Shown: positions 8,986 to 17,207 of the stretch, one piece after another
How the letters are laid out: the number at the start of each line of letters is the position of its first letter
Numbering within the stretch: position 1 is the stretch's first letter
Origin: an uncultured bacterium
GTDB lineage: Bacteria; SAR324; NAC60-12
Assembly: GCA_965662845.1 (NCBI GenBank)
Contig: CBFIJD010000004.1
Location: 10,670-74,669, forward strand
Length of the DNA stretch: 64,000 nucleotides
Direction of reading: 5' to 3'
The notes under the pieces: model-generated
Seen by the model: the letters and a program-made list of their open reading frames with translations, nothing else
What the model was told of the DNA's origin: nothing
Database searches by the model: none
Made by a program: the position numbers and the translations under genes

Positions 8986-10239
8986 ATGACACATCTCACA
9001 CGCCGTCAATGGCTCAAAGCCGCAGGGCTTGGAACCGCCGCGCTCGCCTTCCCCACCTTTCTGAGCGCTCAGGCGCTACAACCGCATGTCGTTGTTGTCG
9101 GAGGAGGCTTCGCTGGTGCAACCGCAGCGAAGTACCTGCGCCACTGGTCTACCAGCGTGCGGGTCACTCTGATTGAGGAAAACCCCACGTACTACTCCCC
9201 GATCTTGAGCAACCTGATTCTCAATGGGCAGCGCACTCTGAACCAGCTTGCGTTCAGCTACCAAACGCTCACCAGCCAGTACGGCGTCGATGTTGTGCAA
9301 GCGCGGGTGGATGGAATTGACACGAACGCCCAGTCGCTACGGCTCAGCAACGGCGCTGCTCTCGGCTATGACCGGGTCATCCTCGCGCCTGGAATTCGCT
9401 TCCGCAGCGTGGACGGGCTGGATTCGACCAAGATCCTGCACGCCTGGAAATCGGGTTCTCAAGTGGAGCAGCTTCAGCAGCAGCTCGCCGCGATGCCTGC
9501 TGGGGGAACCTTTGTGCTGACGATTCCTGCCGCCCCCTATCGCTGTCCTCCTGGGCCTTACGAACGAGCTTGTGTCGTCGCAGACTACTTGAACCGCAAC
9601 AAACCCGGCTCCAAAGTGATCGTGCTAGACGCCAACCCAGCGATTGTCGCGGAACGCGAGACCTTCGACACCGCCTTCACGCAAACCTATGCCAACGTGA
9701 TTGAGTACATCCCGAACGCTTCGCTGCTAGGTGTCGACTCTGACCGGCGCCTCGCCTACACCTCGCTGGGGGACTTCTCTGCGGATGTGCTGAACGTGAT
9801 TCCACCGCAGGAAGCCGGCTCCCTGATTCACGACAACGGCCTAGCCAACTCCGCTGACCGCCGCTGGGCTGAGGTCAATCCTCTGAGCTACGCCTCCACC
9901 GCCGCGAACAACCTCCACGTTGTTGGCGACTCGCAAGGCACAGGCCAGCCCAAAGCCGGACACATTGGCAACGCAGAGGCCAAAGTCTGCGCTGACGCCG
10001 TCCTCCGTTTGCTGAATGGGATGTCTCCGTATGGCACGCCGATGACTAATTCCGCTTGCTACAGCCCCATCAGCGAGACGACCGCATCGTGGCTGACCGT
10101 TGTCTATCGCTACGACGCCGCGACGGGGACTATGCAGGCGGTGCCTGAATCGCTCGGACAATCCAGCACGCCGACCACGTCTAACTACCGCCGCATGTTC
10201 GACTGGTCTGAGAACCTGTTTGCCGACACTTTTTCCTAA
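8986..10239 (+). CDS. fccB: Flavocytochrome c sulfide dehydrogenase, flavoprotein subunit
   Basis: Tat signal LTRRQWLK, GGGFAG Rossmann motif, YRCPPGPYERA and C-terminal NSACYS. Confidence 0.9.
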   Translation: MTHLTRRQWLKAAGLGTAALAFPTFLSAQALQPHVVVVGGGFAGATAAKYLRHWSTSVRVTLIEENPTYYSPILSNLILNGQRTLNQLAFSYQTLTSQYGVDVVQARVDGIDTNAQSLRLSNGAALGYDRVILAPGIRFRSVDGLDSTKILHAWKSGSQVEQLQQQLAAMPAGGTFVLTIPAAPYRCPPGPYERACVVADYLNRNKPGSKVIVLDANPAIVAERETFDTAFTQTYANVIEYIPNASLLGVDSDRRLAYTSLGDFSADVLNVIPPQEAGSLIHDNGLANSADRRWAEVNPLSYASTAANNLHVVGDSQGTGQPKAGHIGNAEAKVCADAVLRLLNGMSPYGTPMTNSACYSPISETTASWLTVVYRYDAATGTMQAVPESLGQSSTPTTSNYRRMFDWSENLFADTFS

Positions 10240-10338
10240 GAATCTCCTTCGTTTCTTCAAATTTGATTATTAGGATATTGAGATTCTTGCTGAACTTTGA
10301 GAAGAATTTACTGCCCCAACTCAACGGATGGAGACTTT

Positions 10339-10863
10339 ATGGATCGTAAGAAAAAGCTCAAATTTGCCGCCGGTGTTGTCGGCACGCTCTCGGTCGGTAC
10401 GCTGGTGTTGGCGAATGTGATGGTTCCTGAACTAAATCCACCGCAGCGCCACACAGGGCACATCGTCTCGGCAAAGGCTGACGCCGTCTTACGGCAGGCG
10501 TGCTTTGACTGTCACAGCAACGAGAGCACGTGGCCGTGGTACGCCAATGTGCCCTTCGTCTCTATGCTGGTCGCGCACGACATCAAAGATGGCCGGGAGG
10601 AGTTGAACTTTTCGGAGTGGGACAGCTACTCCGAAGGGCGCAAGCACCACAAACTCGCGGAGTCGATCGAAGAGATGGAAGAAGGCGAGATGCCGATGTG
10701 GGTGTATACCCTCACGCATCCGGAAGCGGAGCTAAGTCCCGAGCAGATCGCTATGCTGCGTAGCGAAATCAGAGCTCGCTACGGCAACGTTGAGGAGTCT
10801 TCTCGGCGTGGACATTCCGACGACCACGACGACCATGACTACGACGACCATGACTACGACTAA
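10339..10863 (+). CDS. Heme-binding domain (Haem_bd) cytochrome c with His/Asp tail
   Basis: ACFDCHSNESTWPWY...GREELNFSEW...MP. The tail includes an exact 15-bp duplication at 10831-10860. GGAG RBS before ATG 10339. Confidence 0.88.
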   Translation: MDRKKKLKFAAGVVGTLSVGTLVLANVMVPELNPPQRHTGHIVSAKADAVLRQACFDCHSNESTWPWYANVPFVSMLVAHDIKDGREELNFSEWDSYSEGRKHHKLAESIEEMEEGEMPMWVYTLTHPEAELSPEQIAMLRSEIRARYGNVEESSRRGHSDDHDDHDYDDHDYD

Positions 10864-10884
10864 CCCTTCATATTAAAGAGAACA

Positions 10885-11346
10885 ATGCGCACTCAATCTT
10901 TCGCGTTCCTCACAGCGCTAGGCTGCTTGCTTGGCGGAACCCCAACCTTCGCTCAGGAAGACCTCGCTCGCGGCCAGCAAGTCTACGAGACCGTCTGCGC
11001 CGCGTGTCACAATCCAGAGCTGATTCCTCCGCAGGGACCGCCCATGTTTGGAGTGCAGCGGCGCTATCTCAAGCAGTATGGCGAGGCCAACTTCAGCGCT
11101 CGGATGATCGACTTTGTGCAGCACCCTACCATGGAAAAAGTCGTCATGAAGAAGTCCGCCGCCAGTTTAGGATTGATGCCTGCGATGCCGCTCCCTGAGG
11201 CCGATCTGAGAGCCGTGGCAGCGTTCATCCGCGAGAACCAGTGGGAGCCTCCTTGCACGCACTGGGAGCACGCAATCGCTCATCAAAGCGGAGGCGGTAA
11301 CCACTCCCGCAACGAGCAGCGCAACTACAACCGCCTCTGTCGCTAA
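10885..11346 (+). CDS. Class I cytochrome c
   Basis: Signal peptide, GQQVYETVCAACH, GPPM and LMPAM. Confidence 0.88.
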   Translation: MRTQSFAFLTALGCLLGGTPTFAQEDLARGQQVYETVCAACHNPELIPPQGPPMFGVQRRYLKQYGEANFSARMIDFVQHPTMEKVVMKKSAASLGLMPAMPLPEADLRAVAAFIRENQWEPPCTHWEHAIAHQSGGGNHSRNEQRNYNRLCR

Positions 11347-11459
11347 GAGCAGCTCACGCCCCCCTCCCCAATGACAGAGATCCTGATGTCTCCTTTGCAA
11401 AGCCACCTCAGTGGCTTTATGCTGGCAAACAAGAGTAAATTTTCACCGAAGGAGGCCCC

Positions 11460-11855
11460 GTGATTGACTTCCCTGCTCCCGAAAGCATCAACGAAGATAA
11501 CCTCGTCCCAAAGATGCGACAAATCGCCCAAGCCATGCTGGAATCACATCAACAGACAAAGGACGAGCTGTCTGCCCTGCGCGAGCGTGACCTGCTGCTC
11601 TATGAAGAGGTCAAGCAGACCAACGTAGAGCTCAAGCAAACCAACGTACGTATTGACCAAACCAACGATGAGCTCAAGCAAACCAACCAACGGCTAGATC
11701 ACCTGACCGAAGAGGTCCAAGGCTTGCGCACAGAGGTTCAAGGCTTGCGCACAGAAGTTCAAGGCTTGCGCACAGAGATGACAGTCGGATTCAATCAATT
11801 GGCCACTCAACTCAGCAACATCGCGTCCATTCTCAAAAAGGAAGATGCGCGCTGA
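11460..11855 (+). CDS. Heptad-repeat coiled-coil protein
   Basis: AAGGAGG RBS before GTG. Repeats ELKQTN x2 and EVQGLRT x3. Confidence 0.7.
   Translation: MIDFPAPESINEDNLVPKMRQIAQAMLESHQQTKDELSALRERDLLLYEEVKQTNVELKQTNVRIDQTNDELKQTNQRLDHLTEEVQGLRTEVQGLRTEVQGLRTEMTVGFNQLATQLSNIASILKKEDAR
11712..11774 (+). repeat. 21-bp coding tandem repeat x3
   Basis: GARGTYCAAGGCTTGCGCACA at 11712, 11733 and 11754. Confidence 0.92.
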
Positions 11856-11962
11856 AACAAAGCCTCTCCCCAGCAGACTCCCTGCTAACTTTCCTCGCTT
11901 TTTGTCCAAGGTTCTGTAATCATCTCGCCGCATTATTTTGACTCCTCACACTTCTCTTCAGC

Positions 11963-12352
11963 ATGTACACAGCGGAACAACCCACATTGCTAAAGCGGTT
12001 CGGCAGCCTCTGCCTTGGGCTGTTTTTGTTGGGGTGGCTCTGTTTGGTTCCTCTCCATGTACAACATGAAGCCGGCTTCCGCGCTCCAGACGGGACATTT
12101 GTTTCTGCAACGCTCGCCGCGCAGCTCGATTGCCTACCGTTTCCGCTCTCGCCGGAAGACACGTCGCCTCCCACAGAATGTCCAGTGCTGCAACTTTGGA
12201 ACGCTGGGCACGCGCCTCTGTCAACGTCTCTCCCTCCGACGCTTCCTCCAGAGCTATTGCAACAACCTGCGGCTCTCTCCCTAGAGACACAAAACGCGCT
12301 CGCCGCTCACCCGCAACACAGCCCTTCGCTCCGCGCTCCTCCTGTCATCTGA
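11963..12352 (+). CDS. DUF2946-like (CruR/CutF-type) leader protein with C-terminal RAPP motif
   Basis: Signal-like N-terminus followed by HVQH, a central ECPVL, a Pro-rich linker and the C-terminus SLRAPPVI. Lies upstream of an operon containing PCuAC. Confidence 0.65.
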   Translation: MYTAEQPTLLKRFGSLCLGLFLLGWLCLVPLHVQHEAGFRAPDGTFVSATLAAQLDCLPFPLSPEDTSPPTECPVLQLWNAGHAPLSTSLPPTLPPELLQQPAALSLETQNALAAHPQHSPSLRAPPVI

Positions 12353-12492
12353 ATTCCTGCGCTTTATTTTTTTCGTCTGTCACGCGCTCCTTCCCGTCTA
12401 GCCAGGTGCTCTCCCTCGTCTTGTACGGAAGATTGCGCCGCGTTGCCGTTGTTGCAGGGCAGACCTCATTTTTACTCTCTTGATGAACAGGC

Positions 12493-13458
12493 TTGATGAA
12501 AACAACGTATCGCGGGGCGCTATGGGCCTTGCTGGTGTGGGGGATTGGCCTGACGAACGTGTCCGCGAAACTCCCCGAACTTCGTATCGCCGGTCCAGTC
12601 TCAATGACCTCGCATCCGCTACTCTACTTAAAAGAATCTGGCGCGTGGGATGACGTCGCTGAGAACATGACCTTTCAATTTTGGAAAACCCCTGAACAGC
12701 TGCGTGCGCTCGTTATTCGTGGCGAGGTCGACATCGCCGCGATGCCTTCGAATGTTGCCGCTCAGCTGCACAACAAAGGGGTAAATGTGCGACTGGTGAT
12801 GAGCGCGGTCTCAGGAATGCTCTGGGTGGTCTCCTCCGAAGCAAAACACCAGCGTTTTGCCTCCATGCGTCAGACCGACTTCGCGCTACCATTTCGCGGC
12901 AATATGCCTGAAGCGCTCTTTGTGACGCTGCTGGAACGGGAAAAGCTCGTCAAAGCCGATCTGCGGCTGCGCTACACGCCAGGGCTTTTGGATGCCGCGC
13001 AGCTGGTGATTGCTCAACAAACGACACACGCGCTGCTTGCTGAGCCAACGGCGTCCTTAGCTCTGCGCAAAAATCCTGCTCTGCATCGCAATTTCAGTCT
13101 TCATCAGCGCTGGGAGGTGGAATTTCCCCAAGCCCCGTCGATGCCCCAAGCGGTGGTCGCAGTCGTTGATCCGCGCCCCGAGCTGGCTGCAGTCCTCGCA
13201 CAACTTCCGCAGCAGTACGCTGACGTCGTCCACTTGGGGAGGACCTCTCCTGCAGCGGTGATCCCGCTGGTACGCCGAGCGCTCCCACAGCTCGAAGCGG
13301 CGGTGTTACAAGAGGCGTGGCAACACACGCGCTGGCAACCTCTTCCCGCTTCAGAAGCCCGAGCGCACTTGGAACCCTTCTATCAACGGCTGTTGGAGGT
13401 CGAGCCCCGCTTGCTTGGCGGGAAGCTCCCTGCGGACTCGTTTTATCAGCCCCAGTGA
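12493..13458 (+). CDS. ABC transporter substrate-binding protein, NitT/TauT family
   Basis: Signal peptide, GEVDIAAMPSNVAAQL, ALLAEP and GGKLPADSFY. Confidence 0.85.
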   Translation: MMKTTYRGALWALLVWGIGLTNVSAKLPELRIAGPVSMTSHPLLYLKESGAWDDVAENMTFQFWKTPEQLRALVIRGEVDIAAMPSNVAAQLHNKGVNVRLVMSAVSGMLWVVSSEAKHQRFASMRQTDFALPFRGNMPEALFVTLLEREKLVKADLRLRYTPGLLDAAQLVIAQQTTHALLAEPTASLALRKNPALHRNFSLHQRWEVEFPQAPSMPQAVVAVVDPRPELAAVLAQLPQQYADVVHLGRTSPAAVIPLVRRALPQLEAAVLQEAWQHTRWQPLPASEARAHLEPFYQRLLEVEPRLLGGKLPADSFYQPQ

Positions 13459-14198
13459 AGTCCTTCTCAGCCCAGCTGCTGTGGGGAGGATGCGGAGCCC
13501 TTGCGCTGACCGCAGGCTGGTTCGCCGCCGCGTGGTGGTCTCCCCTGTTAGTGCCAACGCCGGATGCGACCGCCTTTCGTATGGTGGAGCTGTTTCAAAC
13601 GACCTACTTTCACGAACACTTCTGGATCACGATGTTGCGCATGCTCGGCGGCGCGACACTAGGGCTCCTCTTGGGGATCGTTCTCGGCATTCCAGCCGGC
13701 TTGAGCGGAGCCTTCCGCGCCTTTGTAGAGCCGTTACGTTGGGCGGCAAGCGGGGTTCCTCCCATTGTGTTGGTCTTGCTCATGATGTTGTGGCTGGGAA
13801 TGGGCACCCCGATGGTGCTCACGCTCGCCGGTGTGTTGTTGAGCCCGGTGGTTTATGTGAACACCTTGCGCGGCATGGAACGCGTCGATCCGCAACTGCG
13901 AGAGATGGCGCGCGTGTTTCGCTTCACTCCCCGCCAATGGCTCACGCAAATCTATCTGCCCGCCTTAGCTAGTCCCCTCGCGGCCTCCGCGACGTTGGTC
14001 TTGAGCACCAGTGCTCGGGTCGTTGTGATGGCCGAAGTCCTCGGCGCAAACGAGGGCATCGGGTATGCGGTGTCCCTCGCACGCACACACTTGGAGGTCG
14101 CAGAGTTGTTTGCGTGGATCGTCGTCAATCTCTTGCTGATCGGTGCCTTAGAGAACCTGCTGCTCCGCCCTCTACAACAGAGAGTGGAGCGATGGTAG
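13455..14198 (+). CDS. ABC transporter permease, NitT/TauT family
   Basis: GTGA overlap with the SBP stop; EAA-like VDPQLREMARVF; VVMAEVLG..GIG. Confidence 0.88.
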   Translation: MKSFSAQLLWGGCGALALTAGWFAAAWWSPLLVPTPDATAFRMVELFQTTYFHEHFWITMLRMLGGATLGLLLGIVLGIPAGLSGAFRAFVEPLRWAASGVPPIVLVLLMMLWLGMGTPMVLTLAGVLLSPVVYVNTLRGMERVDPQLREMARVFRFTPRQWLTQIYLPALASPLAASATLVLSTSARVVVMAEVLGANEGIGYAVSLARTHLEVAELFAWIVVNLLLIGALENLLLRPLQQRVERW

Positions 14199-14797
14199 CC
14201 CTCACCATTCAAGGCTTGTCACATCGCTACGCCACGCGACCCATTCTGCACAATTTTGAACTAGCGGCGAATGCAGGCTCGGTTGTGTCGATTTTAGGGC
14301 CTAGCGGCTGCGGCAAAACGACGCTGTTACGTCTCATCGCAGGGCTGGAACCCATACAGACAGGGACGATCCTACACGCGGCGCAGCGCAGGGCCTTTGT
14401 GTTCCAAGAACCAAGATTGCTGCCGTGGAAGAGCACTCTCGACAACCTACGCATCCCGCTTGAAGCCGCAGGCTGGGCTCCTTCCCAAGCTCAGCAAGAA
14501 GCTCAAGATTGGCTCCAGCGTCTGGAATTGCACAAAAGCGCAGGTTTGTTTCCGCGCCAGCTCTCCGGCGGAATGCAACGTCGGGTCGCGTTGGGACGCG
14601 CGCTGGCGGTTCAGCCAGACTTGCTGCTGCTCGACGAACCGCTGACGGGCCTCGATGAGGCCTTACGACACCGGATGTTAGACTTGATCGCGCACACACA
14701 GAGCGCTCTGCACACCACCATGCTGTATGTGACGCATCAACGCCGCGACATCCAACGCTGGCAGGGATCGGTCGTCGAAATGCGACCTCTTCCTTGA
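14192..14797 (+). CDS. ABC transporter ATP-binding protein, NitT/TauT family
   Basis: GPSGCGKT, FQEPRLLPW, LSGGMQRR and LLLLDEP. Confidence 0.92.
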   Translation: MVALTIQGLSHRYATRPILHNFELAANAGSVVSILGPSGCGKTTLLRLIAGLEPIQTGTILHAAQRRAFVFQEPRLLPWKSTLDNLRIPLEAAGWAPSQAQQEAQDWLQRLELHKSAGLFPRQLSGGMQRRVALGRALAVQPDLLLLDEPLTGLDEALRHRMLDLIAHTQSALHTTMLYVTHQRRDIQRWQGSVVEMRPLP

Positions 14798-14867
14798 AAC
14801 CGAAGAGAGCCTCGCTCTCTTCTCTCATGGTTGTCTCTCTAGGCAACTTTTCTTACTCAGGAGTCCT

Positions 14868-15416
14868 ATGAAAAAGCTGTTTTTATTGATTTTTTTGCTC
14901 GCGCTCGCCCTCAGCGGGTGTACTCAAGCCACCACAGACCAACCCGCAGCCAAGCCCCAGTCCATTGCGGTCTCCGATCCGTGGATCCGCGCGGTTCCAC
15001 CGAACGCGAGTAACTCTGCAGCCTACATGCGTCTGGAGAACCCGAACGCGAGAGACCAACAGCTCGTGGGAGCGTCTACCTCAATCGCGGAGACCGTGGA
15101 GATTCACAACATTGCTGAAGAGAACGGGATGATGCGGATGTTCCCTGTTGATGAGATCAACATCCCAGCGAACGGTGCGCAGGCGCTCACGCCAGGCGGA
15201 TTTCACCTCATGTTGATCGGTCTCAAACAGCCGCTAGAGCGAGGACAAGAAGTGCAACTTGAGCTGGAGTTTGCCGACCAATCCAAGCAGATCGTCACGG
15301 CGGAGGTGGGCGATGGGAGCCCAATGCAAAGCGAGCCTCACGGTCAGCATGGAGGAGCGGCGCACCATGACGGCATGGAGCACCATGGCGCGGCGGGGAT
15401 GAAGCACGAAAGGTGA
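14868..15416 (+). CDS. Copper chaperone PCu(A)C lipoprotein with His/Met tail
   Basis: LSGC lipobox; PWIRA..NSAAYM, EIH..GMMRM and PGGFHLML; tail HGQHGGAAHHDGMEHH. Confidence 0.92.
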   Translation: MKKLFLLIFLLALALSGCTQATTDQPAAKPQSIAVSDPWIRAVPPNASNSAAYMRLENPNARDQQLVGASTSIAETVEIHNIAEENGMMRMFPVDEINIPANGAQALTPGGFHLMLIGLKQPLERGQEVQLELEFADQSKQIVTAEVGDGSPMQSEPHGQHGGAAHHDGMEHHGAAGMKHER

Positions 15417-15454
15417 GGAGGGGAGGGAACTCGTGGAGGAGCCGCAGCTGTGGA

Positions 15455-16918
15455 CTAGCTGCGTTCCACATACTTCACGAGGGTTTGCTCCAGAAGCAGG
15501 ATCTCTAGGTGATTGACTAGATAGTCCAGCATGATGTGACGCCACGTTTTTTTGCGGAATGTGTCGCTGAACTCCAGCATTTGCAGGCGTTCATCTAAAG
15601 ATTTCAGTTGGTACTCACGCTGCTGGAGCGTGTTCTCCAAGCGCAGCTGTTCACGCACCCAAATAGAGAGTTCTTGCAGCTCTCGGGTCGCGTCTCGACG
15701 TTGCACTTCAGGATCTTTTGGGGTGGACACCAGCTCTGTTGCCCAGCGATAAAAACCACTCTCTCTGGGGTAAACTTCATAGAGATTGACCGTCCGCGCA
15801 GCGCTATTTTTCTCTTGTTTGACCGGCCGCAACAGCTCACGGATCTCAACGGTAGAAGCCTTCAAATGCTCAATCAACCGGCGGCGTTGTTGCAACAATT
15901 GTTGATAGTGGCGCTCATGCTCCTCGTCGGCGTCGTGAGGGTCGGTCTGTTCCATCGCTCGCACCTCGCGCTGCGTTTGCAGCAACAACTCCTTCCACTT
16001 TTGTCTTTTTCCTAACAAGACCTCTGCCTGCTGCCGAATCTGCGCTTGCTGGGCCACCCGCTCCTCTTCCTTGCGGCTCAGCGTCTTCGTTTTATTGATC
16101 GCAACCACGACGGACAGCTGCTCTGCGCTCGCTTTCCATGGATTGATATATATCAAATCAAAATTTTCAAATTCCGGGACTTGAAACAGAAAGTCGGAAG
16201 AGCGCGCGGCTTGCTTGTGGTCTGACTCGGGTCGGTTGCTGAGGAAGCGATTGCGGATGTGCAACAAATCTTGCAGACGCATCGTCCGGACTCGATTCGG
16301 GCTGTAGCCGTGCTTGCCGATCGCTTGCGCCATGCGGTTGCCTAGGCCATCGACGATCAAAATTCGCAAGAGCGACTTCATCACGCCCTCTAACTGCTGC
16401 ATACCGCTGATTTCCACCACTGTGCGCTCAAAGAGCTTCACGACTCCTGGCAAATAGTAGGGCAACAACGGCTCAAACTTTGGTGTGATTGACTGCAAGA
16501 TGCGCTGCAAGTTTTGCTGTCGGTGCTCCAAGTGATGCAGCTTCATGCCCCAGCGGAAAAACTTGGGGAAGGGTTGCTCCTCCTCCATCTGGGACTGAGC
16601 CTTCCGCAGCTTTTCGATGCGTTCTCTCCAGAACGCCAGCTCAGGAAAGGCCTCCAGCGTCGAAGATGTCAGGGGTTCTGCGCGCAGATGGAAGCCCATT
16701 GTGCGCGGAGTGATGTCCTCTTGCGAGACCAACCTTGACCACTCATGCCAGTCCCATGAGACATCTGACTTGGGCATATTGCGCTCCACCGCGTACATGT
16801 GCAGATGCAGCTGCCCTTGGTTCACCTGAAAACGTCGCTGAATCTCATCTTTTAGCTCTTGATGCCAAGGTTCTGGCAAGGAGAGGCGTACCGTGGGTAC
16901 GTAGTCAGGTATGTTCAT
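15455..16918 (-). CDS. Hypothetical coiled-coil protein, paralog A
   Basis: 487-aa ORF, collinear with 17208..18653 by eye. Confidence 0.85.
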   Translation of the reverse strand: MNIPDYVPTVRLSLPEPWHQELKDEIQRRFQVNQGQLHLHMYAVERNMPKSDVSWDWHEWSRLVSQEDITPRTMGFHLRAEPLTSSTLEAFPELAFWRERIEKLRKAQSQMEEEQPFPKFFRWGMKLHHLEHRQQNLQRILQSITPKFEPLLPYYLPGVVKLFERTVVEISGMQQLEGVMKSLLRILIVDGLGNRMAQAIGKHGYSPNRVRTMRLQDLLHIRNRFLSNRPESDHKQAARSSDFLFQVPEFENFDLIYINPWKASAEQLSVVVAINKTKTLSRKEEERVAQQAQIRQQAEVLLGKRQKWKELLLQTQREVRAMEQTDPHDADEEHERHYQQLLQQRRRLIEHLKASTVEIRELLRPVKQEKNSAARTVNLYEVYPRESGFYRWATELVSTPKDPEVQRRDATRELQELSIWVREQLRLENTLQQREYQLKSLDERLQMLEFSDTFRKKTWRHIMLDYLVNHLEILLLEQTLVKYVERS

Positions 16919-17207
16919 GCGTTGCGCTCAAGCGTCCCTTGGTTGTGGTCCAGACGGATGTTCGTGAAGTTCAGAGGTTGACTGCCCAGAATCTTGCAAA
17001 CTTTCAACATTATGTCACACTCCAGCGATTTCCGCTCTGCGTTCGCCTCCTCGCTGGCTTCCTGATCTCTTTCAGCGGGGTGGCTTCCATGTGCTCTTTC
17101 AATGCGTGGTTGAACATCTGGTCATTCAAGAACACGCCGTCAGGAGTTCCCACAACCGATGGGGAGGGGAACTGAACCACTTCTTCTACGCTTCTCTTCA
17201 GCAAAGC

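Noticed and set aside
8576..8992. Thr/Met-rich, Val-rich and Arg-rich ORFs over the repeat
   Set aside because: These are alternative-frame readings of the Asp-rich tandem repeat.
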